NCBI GenBank assembly: GCA_900315885.1
Contig: ONAT01000001.1
Coordinates: 81,920 to 145,919, forward strand
Direction of reading: 5' to 3'
DNA length: 64,000 bases
Origin: an uncultured Erysipelotrichaceae bacterium
GTDB taxonomy: Bacteria; Bacillota_I; Bacilli_A; RFN20; CAG-826
Positions 38,627 to 50,235 of this stretch are shown here, in pieces. The position numbers and the translations under genes are program-made. A model generated the notes under the pieces. It saw only the letters and a program-made list of their open reading frames with translations, was not told the origin of the DNA and made no database searches. Numbering within the stretch: position 1 is the stretch's first letter; every line of letters starts with the position of its first letter.

Positions 38627-40321
38627 ATGAAATTTGAAGAATATCCTTTAGTAGTACCTTCTTTAGAAGAACTCTCCAAAGAATATGAAAAGTTAATAGC
38701 TAAACTAGAAAATGCTAAAAACGCGGATGAACAAATTAATACATTCCGTCAAGTTATCAAATTTGATGACCATGTTGAAACTATGTTCACAATTATTTCT
38801 ATTCGTTATTCCCTTGACACTACGAACGAGACATATGCTCATGCTCAAGATGTAATGGATGAAGTCGCACCACAACTCCAAGTTTATTCGGAAAAGATTA
38901 ACAAAATTATGCTTAATTCCCCATATCGTAAAGAATTAGAGGATGCTTTTGGTACATATCTATTCAAGCAATTGGAATTGGCTTTAAAATGTTTTGATGC
39001 CAAAATCATTGAAGATTTGCAAAAAGAAAATAAACTTGTCTCAAAGTATGACAAAGTTATGGCTGGGGCAAAAATTAAATTTAATGGCCAAACTTATAAT
39101 TTGTCACAAATGGGTAAGTTCACCACTGATGTTGATCGTAATGTTAGAAAGAAAGCTACAAAAGCAGTTGCTAAGTTCTTTGAAAAGAATCACGAAGAAA
39201 TCGGACAAATCTATGATGATTTAGTCCATGTTCGTGACAATATGGCAAAGAAACTTGGATTCAAAAACTTTATTGAATTAGGTTATGCTCGTTTAGGACG
39301 TTTAGATTATAACGATAAAGATGTCGCTAATTATCGTAAACAAATTCAAGAAGTATTTGTTCCTATTTGGGTTAAATTATTTAAACGCCAAATGAAACGT
39401 ATCAAAATTAGAAGCCCACGTTTCTATGATTTAGGATTAAATTATTTGACTGGAAATCCACGCCCAATTGGCGATGCACACTTTTTAGTAGAACAAGCTC
39501 GTACAATGTATAAAGAAATGTCTAAAGAAACTGGTGAATTCTTCGACTTTATGACTGAAAATCACCTTATGGATTTAGAAGCAAGACCTGGTAAACAAGG
39601 CGGCGGATATATGACATATCTTGCTGAATACAAATCACCATTTATTTTTTCTAATTTTAACGGAACATCAGGTGATGTTGACGTATTAACTCATGAATTT
39701 GGTCACGCATATCAAGGTTACTGCTCAAGAAACATTAAAGTTCCTTCATATCGTAGTCCAACACTTGAAGCATGTGAAATACACTCAATGTCTATGGAAT
39801 TCTTTGCTTGGCCTTGGATGGATAAATTCTTTGGCGAAAACGCTGACAAATATCGTTATGCTCATCTTGCAGATGCAATGATGTTCTTACCATATGGAGT
39901 TACAGTTGATGAATTCCAACACTTTGTCTATGAACATCCAAATGCTACTCATACTGAACGCTGTGCTAAGTGGCGTGAAATAGAAAAGAAATATACGCCA
40001 TTAAAGAATTATAAAGGCTTTGATGTGTATGAAGAAGGTAATTTATGGTTAAGACAATCACATATCTTCCAAACACCATTCTATTATATTGATTACACAT
40101 TAGCACAAGTTGTTGCTTTCCAATTCTTAGTGGAAATGCACAAGAATCAACCACGTGCTTGGGCAAAATACAATAGATTATGTAAGATGGGTGGAAAATA
40201 TCCATTTACAGAATTATTAAGTCATGCCCATTTACGTAATCCATTTGAAGATGGTAGTTTAAAGAAAATTGCTCGACCATTAAATAAGATTTTAAGATCA
40301 TTTGATGATCAAAATATGTAA
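38627..40321 (+). CDS. M3-family oligoendopeptidase (PepF-like)
   Basis: HEFGH zinc motif (LTHEFGHAYQG). The start is set at ATG 38627 after AGAGG. Confidence 0.9.
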   Translation: MKFEEYPLVVPSLEELSKEYEKLIAKLENAKNADEQINTFRQVIKFDDHVETMFTIISIRYSLDTTNETYAHAQDVMDEVAPQLQVYSEKINKIMLNSPYRKELEDAFGTYLFKQLELALKCFDAKIIEDLQKENKLVSKYDKVMAGAKIKFNGQTYNLSQMGKFTTDVDRNVRKKATKAVAKFFEKNHEEIGQIYDDLVHVRDNMAKKLGFKNFIELGYARLGRLDYNDKDVANYRKQIQEVFVPIWVKLFKRQMKRIKIRSPRFYDLGLNYLTGNPRPIGDAHFLVEQARTMYKEMSKETGEFFDFMTENHLMDLEARPGKQGGGYMTYLAEYKSPFIFSNFNGTSGDVDVLTHEFGHAYQGYCSRNIKVPSYRSPTLEACEIHSMSMEFFAWPWMDKFFGENADKYRYAHLADAMMFLPYGVTVDEFQHFVYEHPNATHTERCAKWREIEKKYTPLKNYKGFDVYEEGNLWLRQSHIFQTPFYYIDYTLAQVVAFQFLVEMHKNQPRAWAKYNRLCKMGGKYPFTELLSHAHLRNPFEDGSLKKIARPLNKILRSFDDQNM

Positions 40322-40333
40322 TTAGAACATATA

Positions 40334-40364
40334 AAAAGTCACACCCTTAACGATGTGACTTTTT
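40334..40364. terminator. Bidirectional rho-independent terminator
   Basis: AAAAGTCACA / TGTGACTTTT stem with A/T runs on both sides, between convergent genes. Confidence 0.65.
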
Positions 40365-40378
40365 AAATTTGGAAAAAA

Positions 40379-40612
40379 TTAATCAATCCACCAAATGTCT
40401 CTCTTTGTTGCGACACGGAAAATGTCCCAAATCCATAAGACACCTAAACCACCAGCACATAAGAGAATAATTGCTAAAATAATTCCAACGACATCTTCTT
40501 TGGCGATAGATCTCATTAATCTTAAGATGTTACCATAAACACCATATAAAATTGTGAGTAATAATTTTACAATCCATGGTAATCCATCTAATGCTTTTAA
40601 TGCTTCGTTCAT
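40379..40612 (-). CDS. Small 2-TM membrane protein, unknown family
   Basis: Two hydrophobic helices and a Trp-rich C-terminus (IWWID). The start is set at the ATG 8 nt after GGAGG. Confidence 0.5.
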   Translation of the reverse strand: MNEALKALDGLPWIVKLLLTILYGVYGNILRLMRSIAKEDVVGIILAIILLCAGGLGVLWIWDIFRVATKRDIWWID

Positions 40613-40758
40613 ATTCTTTTCCTCCATCTACTACATTATAACGCAAATAAATTTTTTTTCATTCCATATTTTTACTTTTTATTTACCATTTGAATTTATT
40701 TTTTAATAATAAAGATTTCATACCTTTAAACTATAATGGTATAAAATTAAGTTTTGCT

Positions 40759-40787
40759 TTGAATTATTATATCATTATTGATATAAT
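40759..40787 (+). promoter_or_regulatory. Sigma-A promoter of the atp operon
   Basis: TTGAAT (40759-40764), a 17-nt spacer, then TATAAT (40782-40787). Confidence 0.55.
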
Positions 40788-40816
40788 ATAAGCCTGAAAG
40801 AGGTGGAGAAAGAAAT

Positions 40817-41230
40817 ATGACAAATTTCAAACTTGAAAAACAAGATGTTAGATTGTTTTTATTGTCATTTATTTTTGGATTTGTGATACTTGCAACACTT
40901 ATCGTTTTATCTTGCTTTAACCTTTTTGATTATAAAATACCAGTCGCTTACGCAATCGGATTTATAACAGGTGATTTTTTGCATTACCTAACTATTAGAA
41001 GTTTTTCTAATTCTGAAGTAGGTAATTATAAAACCATGACTTATGTTTTATCAATTTTGCGTAAAATAATCTATGTTGGAACATTGATTGGTATTTATCT
41101 GATTACTAGAAGCGTATGGGCGTTTCTAAGTAATCTTGGAGGAATAGTCACTATTAAATTAGTAGTCTTAATTTATTTTCTCCGCGGAACAAAAAACATA
41201 AAAAAAGAAGAAGAGAAGAGTAGTAACTAA
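40817..41230 (+). CDS. atpI: ATP synthase protein I-like membrane protein
   Basis: 137-aa multi-TM protein at the first position of the atp operon. The call rests on position and topology only. Confidence 0.5.
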   Translation: MTNFKLEKQDVRLFLLSFIFGFVILATLIVLSCFNLFDYKIPVAYAIGFITGDFLHYLTIRSFSNSEVGNYKTMTYVLSILRKIIYVGTLIGIYLITRSVWAFLSNLGGIVTIKLVVLIYFLRGTKNIKKEEEKSSN

Positions 41231-41233
41231 GAG

Positions 41234-41983
41234 ATGGAAAAGATTTGGGATTATATCGTAAATAAGATGCCTGGCGAATTAATGGTCTCATTAATCGTTA
41301 TGCTAATAATTGCAATTGTTGCAATTGTTTTTGGCTGTAAAATCAAAAAAGCTGACCCAACTAAACCTACTAAAGGTGTAGCAATGCTAGCTGAATGGCT
41401 CGTTGAATTTTCCACAAATACAATTGATGAATATTTAGGTGATGCTTATGAGTTTGCAGTTCCTTATTTCATTTTCTTGATTACTTATATTCCTTTAGCG
41501 TTTATGTCAGGACTATTTGGTCTTGCTTCACCAATGACATATTATACGATTCCATTATGTCTAGCTCTTGTAACTTGGATTACTATTCAAGTATCCGCGA
41601 TTAGATTTCAAAAAATCGAATATTTCAAGAGTTTTACAAGTCCGTTACCTACTTGGTTACCATTATTTATTCCAATTAATATATTAAGTAAACTCTCACC
41701 ACTATTATCATTATCCATACGTATGTTTGGTAATGCTTTAGCGGGTTCAATATTGATGTTCCTTGTCTACTGGGCAACAGGTTCATTGAGCAGTTTAATA
41801 TTTGAACATTTAAATGTCTTTGCGTTATTTGTAACCCCAGTATTACATGCGTATTTTGATGTGTTTGGCACGTTCGTGCAAACCCTAATATTTGTTTTAT
41901 TATCGATGCTGTTAATTGCAACAGAAATTCCAGCACCGGTTCATAAAAAGAAAAAAGTTAAAAAGGAGGAAAAATCATGCTAA
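41234..41983 (+). CDS. atpB: F0F1 ATP synthase subunit a
   Basis: The conserved Arg region LSLSIRMFGNALAG, plus operon context. Confidence 0.93.
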   Translation: MEKIWDYIVNKMPGELMVSLIVMLIIAIVAIVFGCKIKKADPTKPTKGVAMLAEWLVEFSTNTIDEYLGDAYEFAVPYFIFLITYIPLAFMSGLFGLASPMTYYTIPLCLALVTWITIQVSAIRFQKIEYFKSFTSPLPTWLPLFIPINILSKLSPLLSLSIRMFGNALAGSILMFLVYWATGSLSSLIFEHLNVFALFVTPVLHAYFDVFGTFVQTLIFVLLSMLLIATEIPAPVHKKKKVKKEEKSC

Positions 41984-42234
41984 GTTTATTACAAAACGTT
42001 GATGTCGGAACAGGTTTAGCACTTATTGGTGCAGGTTTAGCAGTATTTACTGGTTTTGGTTCTGGCGTTGGAGAAGGTAACATCGCTGCTCATGCTATGG
42101 ACGCAATTGGTAGAAATCCAGAAGCCGCTTCAACAATTAGATCAAACATGATCTTAGGTATTGCTCTAGCAGAAACTACAGGTATTTATGGTTTCGCTAT
42201 TGCTATTTTAATTGTTGTTATGACTTTATTCTAA
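41977..42234 (+). CDS. atpE: F0F1 ATP synthase subunit c
   Basis: Hairpin proteolipid with the GIALAETTGIYG carboxylate motif and RBS AAGGAGG. Confidence 0.93.
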   Translation: MLSLLQNVDVGTGLALIGAGLAVFTGFGSGVGEGNIAAHAMDAIGRNPEAASTIRSNMILGIALAETTGIYGFAIAILIVVMTLF

Positions 42235-42258
42235 TTATTTAAGTAGGAGGTAATTATT

Positions 42259-42834
42259 ATGAGTAATATTTTAAATAAAATGTTTTTAATATTTCTCGCC
42301 GATAATGGTGATGATCCTTTTGCATCTTTAAAAGATATCGGTAACAAAATTATCCCTAGTGATATTTGGTCTTTTGTCATACAAATTGCTGCGACATTTA
42401 TTTTAGTGCTTATTTTGGCAAAGTTTTTAGTTAAACCTGCTCGTAAATTTATTGAAGCAAGAAAAGCTTATATTGCCTCAAATTTATCAGAAGCAGAAGA
42501 AAAGAATAAGCAAGCAGATGCAAATTTACAAGCTTCTGAAGAAAAACTAAAACAAACTCGTAAAGAATCTATGGAAATCATAGAAAGTGCTCGTATCAAT
42601 GCTATGAGTGAAAAGAATAGAATTGTTGATGAGACCAAACAAGAAGTTAATTCGTTACGTGATAAAGCGTTAAAAGATATTGAAAGTGAAAGAAATAAAA
42701 TGCGCGAAGATATTTCAAATGAAGTTATCGACGTTGCTTTACTTGCCGCTTCTAAAGTCGTAAATCGTAATATCAATGACGAAGATAATCGTAAAATTGT
42801 TTCAGATTTTGTTAATAAAGGAGATAACGAATAA
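42259..42834 (+). CDS. atpF: F0F1 ATP synthase subunit b
   Basis: N-terminal TM segment plus a long charged coiled coil, with operon context. Confidence 0.88.
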   Translation: MSNILNKMFLIFLADNGDDPFASLKDIGNKIIPSDIWSFVIQIAATFILVLILAKFLVKPARKFIEARKAYIASNLSEAEEKNKQADANLQASEEKLKQTRKESMEIIESARINAMSEKNRIVDETKQEVNSLRDKALKDIESERNKMREDISNEVIDVALLAASKVVNRNINDEDNRKIVSDFVNKGDNE

Positions 42835-43379
42835 TGGATAGTGTAGCTAATCGTTACGCTATTGCTTTACTTTATGTTGCTCGAGAAGAAAATAAAATAC
42901 GCGAGTATATTAATGAAGTAGAAAGCATTATCCAAATACTTGATGATAACGAGGAACTTGAAAGAATTTTAAAAGATTATGGATTAACTATTGATGAAAA
43001 GAAAGAAACCATTGATTTATGTTTTAAAGGCAAAATCAATGAGTACATTTTGAATCTTTTCTATGTCATTATTGATAATAAAAGAGGAGCAATTTTTAAA
43101 CAAATCTTGGAAGAGTTCGTTCGTATTGGATATAAAGATTTAAATATTAAAAATGGAACAGTTTATTCGACGATTAAGTTAACAGATGAAGAAATTAAAA
43201 GCATTGAAAAACGTGCCTCAAGCATTTTGAATTCAACAGTTATTTTGAAAAATAAAATTGATGAAAAATTACTTGGTGGTTTTAAAATTCAAGTCGATGA
43301 CTTTGTTATTGATGAATCAATACAAAAGAGGTTATCAGACTTAAAAAGTAGCCTATTGAAGAAGGAAGGGAAAGAATAA
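42834..43379 (+). CDS. atpH: F0F1 ATP synthase subunit delta
   Basis: OSCP-like protein starting VANRYAIAL, with operon context. Confidence 0.88.
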   Translation: MDSVANRYAIALLYVAREENKIREYINEVESIIQILDDNEELERILKDYGLTIDEKKETIDLCFKGKINEYILNLFYVIIDNKRGAIFKQILEEFVRIGYKDLNIKNGTVYSTIKLTDEEIKSIEKRASSILNSTVILKNKIDEKLLGGFKIQVDDFVIDESIQKRLSDLKSSLLKKEGKE

Positions 43380-44887
43380 TGGAAATCAAAGCAAATGAAA
43401 TTTCATCCCTTATCAAAGAACAAATTAAAAAATACCATCACAAAATGGAATTGTTAGATACAGGTAAAGTTATTTCTGTCGGTGATGGTGTCGCAATGAT
43501 ACATGGCTTAGAAAATGCAATGTTATCAGAACTTGTACTCTTTAATAATGGAATTTATGGTATGGTTTTGTCATTAGAAGAAGACGCAGTTGGCGTTGTT
43601 ATTTTTGGTGATGATTCCACAATCAAAGAAGATGATGAAGTAAGAAGAACAAATAAAATTGTTGAGATTCCGGTTGGAGATAATTTCTTAGGACGTGTTA
43701 TTAACCCTTTAGGTCAACCTATTGATGGATTAGGACCTATTGAGTCAAAGAAAACAAGACCTATTGAAAGGATTGCTCCTGGTGTCATTACTCGTAAATC
43801 AGTTGATACACCTTTACAAACAGGTATCAAAGCCATAGATTCTATGATTCCAATTGGTCGAGGACAAAGAGAGTTAATAATTGGTGACCGTCAAACTGGT
43901 AAAACCGCAATTGCGATTGATACAATTATTAATCAAAAAGACCAAAATATTAAATGTGTTTATGTGGCAATTGGACAAAAAGCTTCTACTGTTGCACAAG
44001 TAGTAGAAAAATTAAGAGTCCATGGAGCATTAGATTACACAGTTGTGGTTGTTGCAACCGCAAGTGAAATGGCTCCAATCCAATATATTGCACCATATTC
44101 TGGCGTTACTCTTGCCGAAGAATGGATGGAAAGAGGAGACGATGTGTTAGTTGTTTACGATGACTTAAGTAAACACGCAGTTGCATATCGTACATTGTCA
44201 CTGTTACTAAGAAGATCACCTGGACGAGAAGCATATCCTGGTGACGTATTCTACTTACATTCACGTCTTTTAGAACGTGCAGCAAAAATGGATGATAAAT
44301 ATGGTGGAGGATCAATTACCGCTCTTCCAATTATTGAAACACAAGCAGGAGATATTTCAGCTTATATTCCTACTAATGTTATTTCAATTACGGATGGTCA
44401 AATATTCCTTCAATCCGATTTATTCGCTAGTGGACAAAGACCAGCTGTTGATACAGGTTTATCTGTCTCTCGTGTTGGTAGTGCCGCTCAATTAAAAGCA
44501 ATGAAGCAAGTATCAAGCACATTAAAAATCGAATTAGCAAACTATCGTGAACTTCAAGCTTTTGCTCAGTTTGGTTCCGATTTAGATAAAACAACAAAAG
44601 ATGTCTTAAATCATGGTGCGAAAGTCTATGAATTATTAAGACAAAAACAATATTGTTCTTTAAATGTTTTTGATCAAGTCATTCAATTATTCACAGCTAA
44701 GCACAAAATTATTGATGTTATTCCAATGAATAAAATTCAAGACTATGAACAATCACTTATAAGCTATATGCATTCAAATCATAAAAAATTGATGGATGAG
44801 TTAGCAAGTAAAAAAGCTATTGATAGCAAATTAGAAGAACAATTATTGAAAGCAATTAATAAATTTACAACAAATTATTTGGCATAA
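43379..44887 (+). CDS. atpA: F0F1 ATP synthase subunit alpha
   Basis: GDRQTGKT Walker A and full-length similarity. Confidence 0.97.
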   Translation: MEIKANEISSLIKEQIKKYHHKMELLDTGKVISVGDGVAMIHGLENAMLSELVLFNNGIYGMVLSLEEDAVGVVIFGDDSTIKEDDEVRRTNKIVEIPVGDNFLGRVINPLGQPIDGLGPIESKKTRPIERIAPGVITRKSVDTPLQTGIKAIDSMIPIGRGQRELIIGDRQTGKTAIAIDTIINQKDQNIKCVYVAIGQKASTVAQVVEKLRVHGALDYTVVVVATASEMAPIQYIAPYSGVTLAEEWMERGDDVLVVYDDLSKHAVAYRTLSLLLRRSPGREAYPGDVFYLHSRLLERAAKMDDKYGGGSITALPIIETQAGDISAYIPTNVISITDGQIFLQSDLFASGQRPAVDTGLSVSRVGSAAQLKAMKQVSSTLKIELANYRELQAFAQFGSDLDKTTKDVLNHGAKVYELLRQKQYCSLNVFDQVIQLFTAKHKIIDVIPMNKIQDYEQSLISYMHSNHKKLMDELASKKAIDSKLEEQLLKAINKFTTNYLA

Positions 44888-44907
44888 AAGAAAGGTAGGT
44901 GTTACTT

Positions 44908-45759
44908 ATGGCAATGAGTATGCAACAAACAAAGGCAAGAATTAAATCTGTAGCTTCCACTAAAAAAATAACAAAAGCTATGGAATTAGTTGCTACTGCC
45001 AAATTGAAAACTGCAAAAAGCATCAATGCAAAAGTAGCGCCATATCGTGACGAAGTATTTGAAATAGTGTCATATTGCGTAGAAAATGTTGATAAATCCA
45101 CAAATAAATATCTAAATGAAAACACTAATAGTGATAAAAAACTATTTATTATTGTTACTTCAACTTTAGGGTTATGTGGTGGATATAATATCAATATGGA
45201 AAAATTCGCTGCTTCACAAATTAACAAAGAAAAAGATGAAATTGTATTAATTGGTACTAAAGCAACATCGTATTTCAATAACAATGGTTACACCATTAAT
45301 AGAATTATTGACTTACCATCTTTAGATATCAAAGAAACATCCTCAAAAGATTTAATGAATTACATTATTCATCAATATGACTTAGGAAAATATCAAAGTG
45401 TCCAATTCTTAACTACGAGATTTATTAATTCTATGACCTTTAATCCAGAAAGCATTCAGCTTTTACCATTAAAGAATTTGAAAAATACACAAAAATTAAA
45501 GAAAGAATTGCTTTTTGAGCCATCACCAGAAGAAGTATTAAACAATTTAATTCCTTTCTATTTGGTTACTGCTCTTAAAACATTAATTTTAGAATCTATG
45601 TTATGTGAGCAAGCATCTAGACGCACTGCGATGGAAACTGCTACAGATAACGCAGAAGAAATTCAAGAAAAATTATTGCTTGAATTTAACAAATCAAGAC
45701 AAGCATCGATTACTCAAGAAATTACTGAGATATCAGGTGCTGCAAACGCAAGAAAATAA
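44908..45759 (+). CDS. atpG: F0F1 ATP synthase subunit gamma
   Basis: IKSVASTKKITKAMELVA and the C-terminal ITQEITEI motif. The start is set at ATG 44908 after AGGTAGG. Confidence 0.93.
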   Translation: MAMSMQQTKARIKSVASTKKITKAMELVATAKLKTAKSINAKVAPYRDEVFEIVSYCVENVDKSTNKYLNENTNSDKKLFIIVTSTLGLCGGYNINMEKFAASQINKEKDEIVLIGTKATSYFNNNGYTINRIIDLPSLDIKETSSKDLMNYIIHQYDLGKYQSVQFLTTRFINSMTFNPESIQLLPLKNLKNTQKLKKELLFEPSPEEVLNNLIPFYLVTALKTLILESMLCEQASRRTAMETATDNAEEIQEKLLLEFNKSRQASITQEITEISGAANARK

Positions 45760-47169
<1,410 letters not shown>

Positions 47170-47170
47170 G

Positions 47171-47572
47171 ATGAAACTACATCTTAGAATTATTGATTTA
47201 GATGGCGAATATTTCTCTCAAGATGTTGACTTTGTAATTGTAAACACTAGTGATGGAGAAATTACAGTTTTAGCAAATCATATTCCTTTGATTTCAAACA
47301 TTAAAATTTCACGTTTAACTATCTCTAATGATGAGGAGGTTACCGAATACGCTATCGCAGGAGGAACATTATTCATTAGTGAAACAGAATGTAAAATTAT
47401 TACAACTGCGATAGAAAAAACTGATGAAATCGATGAAAATAGAGCTCAAGATGCTAAAAGACGTGCGGAAGAGCGCATTAAAACACAGGATGATTCTATT
47501 GATATGGCAAGGGCACAAGCTGCTTTAGCTCGCGCTATTAACAGAATTTCATTGCTTAATAGAACAAAATAA
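47171..47572 (+). CDS. atpC: F0F1 ATP synthase subunit epsilon
   Basis: 133 aa at the last operon position, with a beta-sandwich plus helical hairpin pattern. Confidence 0.9.
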   Translation: MKLHLRIIDLDGEYFSQDVDFVIVNTSDGEITVLANHIPLISNIKISRLTISNDEEVTEYAIAGGTLFISETECKIITTAIEKTDEIDENRAQDAKRRAEERIKTQDDSIDMARAQAALARAINRISLLNRTK

Positions 47573-47573
47573 A

Positions 47574-47600
47574 AATTTCCGTATTATACGGGATTTTTAT
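47574..47600 (+). terminator. Putative terminator/attenuating hairpin after atpC
   Basis: TTTCCGTA-TTA-TACGGGA hairpin followed by TTTTTATTT. Confidence 0.5.
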
Positions 47601-47620
47601 TTGAAAGGAGATTGTTAGTT

Positions 47621-48691
47621 ATGCAAAAAATTATACTTACAGGAGATAGACCAACTGGTCGCTTACATATTGGACATTATGTAGGCTCATTAAGACGAAG
47701 AGTGGAATTACAAAACACTGGTGATTTTGATGATATTTTTATCATGATTGCGGATGCACAAGCTTTAACTGATAATTATGATAATCCTAAAAAAGTCCGT
47801 GATAATATCATTGAAGTAGCATTAGATTATCTTTCCGCAGGTCTTGACCCAAAGAAATGTCATATTTTTATTCAATCGCAAATTCCTGAATTAACTGAAT
47901 TAACATTTTACTTCGCTAATTTAGTTACTCTTTCAACTTTAGAAAGAAATCCAACGATTAAAAGTGAGATTAAAATGCGAGGATTTAATGACTCAATTCC
48001 AGTAGGCTTTTTAACTTATCCAATTAGTCAAACTGCGGATATAACAGCGTTTAATGCTACAATTGTTCCAGCAGGTGAAGAACAAGAACCAATGCTTGAA
48101 CAAGCAAGAGAAATTGTCCGTAAGTTTAACGATATATATGGTGATACTTTAGTGGAACCTAAAATATTATTACCAGACAATAAGAATTGTTTACGTTTAC
48201 CAGGTACTGATGGCAAAGCAAAAATGTCTAAGTCATTAGGAAATTGTATATATTTGTCCGATACAAAAGAAGAAGTAAATAAAAAAGTAATGTCGATGTT
48301 TACGGATCCTAATCACCTTAAAGTTAGTGATCCAGGAAAGATTGAAGGAAATACAGTATTTATCTATCTTGAAGCGTTTGTGACAGATGAAATGTTTACT
48401 AAATATTTACCAGAATATAAAAACATCAAAGAACTTGAAGACCATTATCGACGTGGGGGACTTGGCGATGTTAAAGTTAAACGCTTTTTAGCGCAAGTCT
48501 TGAATGAGGTATTAGACACAATTAGAGAAAAAAGAAAAGAATTAGAAAGCAACATTCCTTATGTGTATAACATTTTAAAAGAAGGAACAGAGTACGCTAA
48601 AAATGTGGCTTCTCAAACACTAATAAAGGTTAAAAAAGCCATGAAGATTAATTACTTTGATGAAGACCAACTAATGAAAGAATATAAATAA
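47621..48691 (+). CDS. trpS: Tryptophan--tRNA ligase
   Basis: HIGH-type motif (TGRLHIGHYVG) and KMSKS. The start is set at ATG 47621 after GAAAGGAG. Confidence 0.95.
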   Translation: MQKIILTGDRPTGRLHIGHYVGSLRRRVELQNTGDFDDIFIMIADAQALTDNYDNPKKVRDNIIEVALDYLSAGLDPKKCHIFIQSQIPELTELTFYFANLVTLSTLERNPTIKSEIKMRGFNDSIPVGFLTYPISQTADITAFNATIVPAGEEQEPMLEQAREIVRKFNDIYGDTLVEPKILLPDNKNCLRLPGTDGKAKMSKSLGNCIYLSDTKEEVNKKVMSMFTDPNHLKVSDPGKIEGNTVFIYLEAFVTDEMFTKYLPEYKNIKELEDHYRRGGLGDVKVKRFLAQVLNEVLDTIREKRKELESNIPYVYNILKEGTEYAKNVASQTLIKVKKAMKINYFDEDQLMKEYK

Positions 48692-48693
48692 AT

Positions 48694-48718
48694 GACTGAG
48701 CGATGCTCAGTTTTTTTA
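48694..48718 (+). terminator. Rho-independent terminator
   Basis: GACTGAGC-GAT-GCTCAGT followed by T7. Confidence 0.7.
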
Positions 48719-48812
48719 TTACTTTAGTTATTTAAATTCGTATCAAATCGTATCACGCAAGTTTTAAAAAGTATTAAAAAAGCCCGATACAATCAGACTA
48801 TTTTATGAAAAT

Positions 48813-48897
48813 TGGTGCAGGAAATGAGACTTGAACTCACACGGGAATTCCCATACGCCCCTCAAACGTACGCGTCTACCGATTCCGCCATTCCTGC
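48813..48897 (-). tRNA. tRNA-Leu (anticodon GAG), type II, CCA encoded
   Basis: GCAGGAATGGCGGAATCGGTAGACGC..., anticodon loop TTGAGGG, long variable arm, acceptor GCAGGAA/TTCCTGC. Confidence 0.9.
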
Positions 48898-48906
48898 GAC
48901 TTTTAT

Positions 48907-48935
48907 ATTATAAGCAAAAAATTTTCTTTTTTCAA
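48907..48935 (-). promoter_or_regulatory. Sigma-A promoter of tRNA-Leu(GAG)
   Basis: On the minus strand: TTGAAA, a 17-nt spacer, then TATAAT, ending 9 nt before the mature tRNA 5' end. Confidence 0.55.
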
Positions 48936-49031
48936 CAAGTTTTATAAAACTGTACTGAAGCCTAGAAAAAGTAGTAAACTTGATTTTTTTTGCCATCTAT
49001 GGTACTCTATGCAACAGTGGAAACTTTCTAC

Positions 49032-49051
49032 TATAATTGTTTTACAATTAT
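49032..49051 (+). promoter_or_regulatory. TATAAT -10 box overlapped by a perfect 8-3-8 inverted repeat (candidate operator)
   Basis: TATAAT at 49032-49037. ATAATTGT-TTT-ACAATTAT at 49033-49051, about 70 nt upstream of ATG 49123. Confidence 0.4.
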
Positions 49052-49122
49052 GTAATATGTAAAATGCTTATCTTAAGCACTTAAAATGTTTCTACGACTC
49101 CAAATAAATAAGGAAAAGCATT

Positions 49123-50235
49123 ATGAAAAAGAAAAACAAAATTAATACTGTGGATGAATCAGTTAATGTTGCAGAAGAAACAGCTAATGCTAAAGAAGAT
49201 GTAACTACTGCTCCTAGTAAGGACGCGAATACTGAAGAAAAAGCAGTTGATGTTGATATAGATAAAAAGAAAAATAAACCAAAAAAAGCAAAAAAACCAA
49301 TTAATAAAGCTAATCTAATAATTACTATTTCAGTAGTTATTTTTGGTATTGTAAGTGGTGGCTTTATTGGCGATTACTTAATACAAAAAAATAGATCAAA
49401 CGAAGTGAATTATAACGCTGATGAATATCAAGGCGAATTAAAAACAACTCAAGCAAAGTGGGAAGACCTTCAAAAAAGAAATGTTTCTAAATTAGAAGAA
49501 GAATTAACGGCAGTTGAATTTGTGCAAATTGCTATTTCAGAAACACAAAAACAAAATTATTTATGTGAGGGCTTTGGTGTTACCAAAGCTGGATCTTTAT
49601 CTACGCAAAATGTCACATCAATTAAAGCAAAAATAAATGATAAATCGTATTTTGAAAGTATATCAGGTGGTGCGATGGCGCAAGTTGCGGCTAGATATGT
49701 AGGAAGCAATGACAAAATCACCAAGTATACTTCAGAAGCAAAATATATTGTTAAAGACCGTTCGACAGAAAAAGTTGATATATACTTAGCCACATATACA
49801 AAGCAAGAAGAAATGACTTATGAAAAATACGAAGAAACTTTTGGAGCCGCATTTACTTCTTTGCTTGATTACGTTATTTATTCTAAAACAATTGATACTA
49901 GTACTGAGCCAAGCGTAAAAACTGAAAATGGTGGCTATCGCATTAAACTAGCTTTAAATGACGATGCAACTCCACTTTACAAGAAAAAAATTGCAGCAAC
50001 TGAAGATAGAGTGGACTCTGTTAGTGAATTTTTCTTTGTGAACTTAGATATAGTTTTAGATAGTTCACTTCGCATTAAACAAATGAATATCGTTGAACGT
50101 TATAAAATGTATGCTTTTAATATTCCAATTACTTGTGATGCATTCTTGGATGCAAATTATTTTTATGACGATATAAACGAAAGCATTATTCCAAATATGA
50201 ATAAAGAATATTCCGTAAGGAGTGATTTAAAATGA
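49123..50235 (+). CDS. Single-pass membrane protein with a Lys/Glu-rich cytoplasmic N-terminus and a ~280-aa extracytoplasmic domain, unknown family
   Basis: RBS AAGGAAAAG. The TM helix is ANLIITISVVIFGIVSGGFIG. Its stop overlaps the next start (ATGA). Confidence 0.75.
   Translation: MKKKNKINTVDESVNVAEETANAKEDVTTAPSKDANTEEKAVDVDIDKKKNKPKKAKKPINKANLIITISVVIFGIVSGGFIGDYLIQKNRSNEVNYNADEYQGELKTTQAKWEDLQKRNVSKLEEELTAVEFVQIAISETQKQNYLCEGFGVTKAGSLSTQNVTSIKAKINDKSYFESISGGAMAQVAARYVGSNDKITKYTSEAKYIVKDRSTEKVDIYLATYTKQEEMTYEKYEETFGAAFTSLLDYVIYSKTIDTSTEPSVKTENGGYRIKLALNDDATPLYKKKIAATEDRVDSVSEFFFVNLDIVLDSSLRIKQMNIVERYKMYAFNIPITCDAFLDANYFYDDINESIIPNMNKEYSVRSDLK

Noticed and set aside
44865-45284. A 139-aa minus-strand ORF overlapping the atpA end and the atpG start.
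   Set aside because: It is antisense to conserved atpG coding sequence within a tightly coupled operon.
47573-47620. A possible T-box leader upstream of trpS. I asked the same question for gltX at 15119-15121.
   Set aside because: The spacers are only about 48 nt and about 1 nt long, far too short for a T-box of roughly 200 nt or more. No specifier or T-box sequence is visible.
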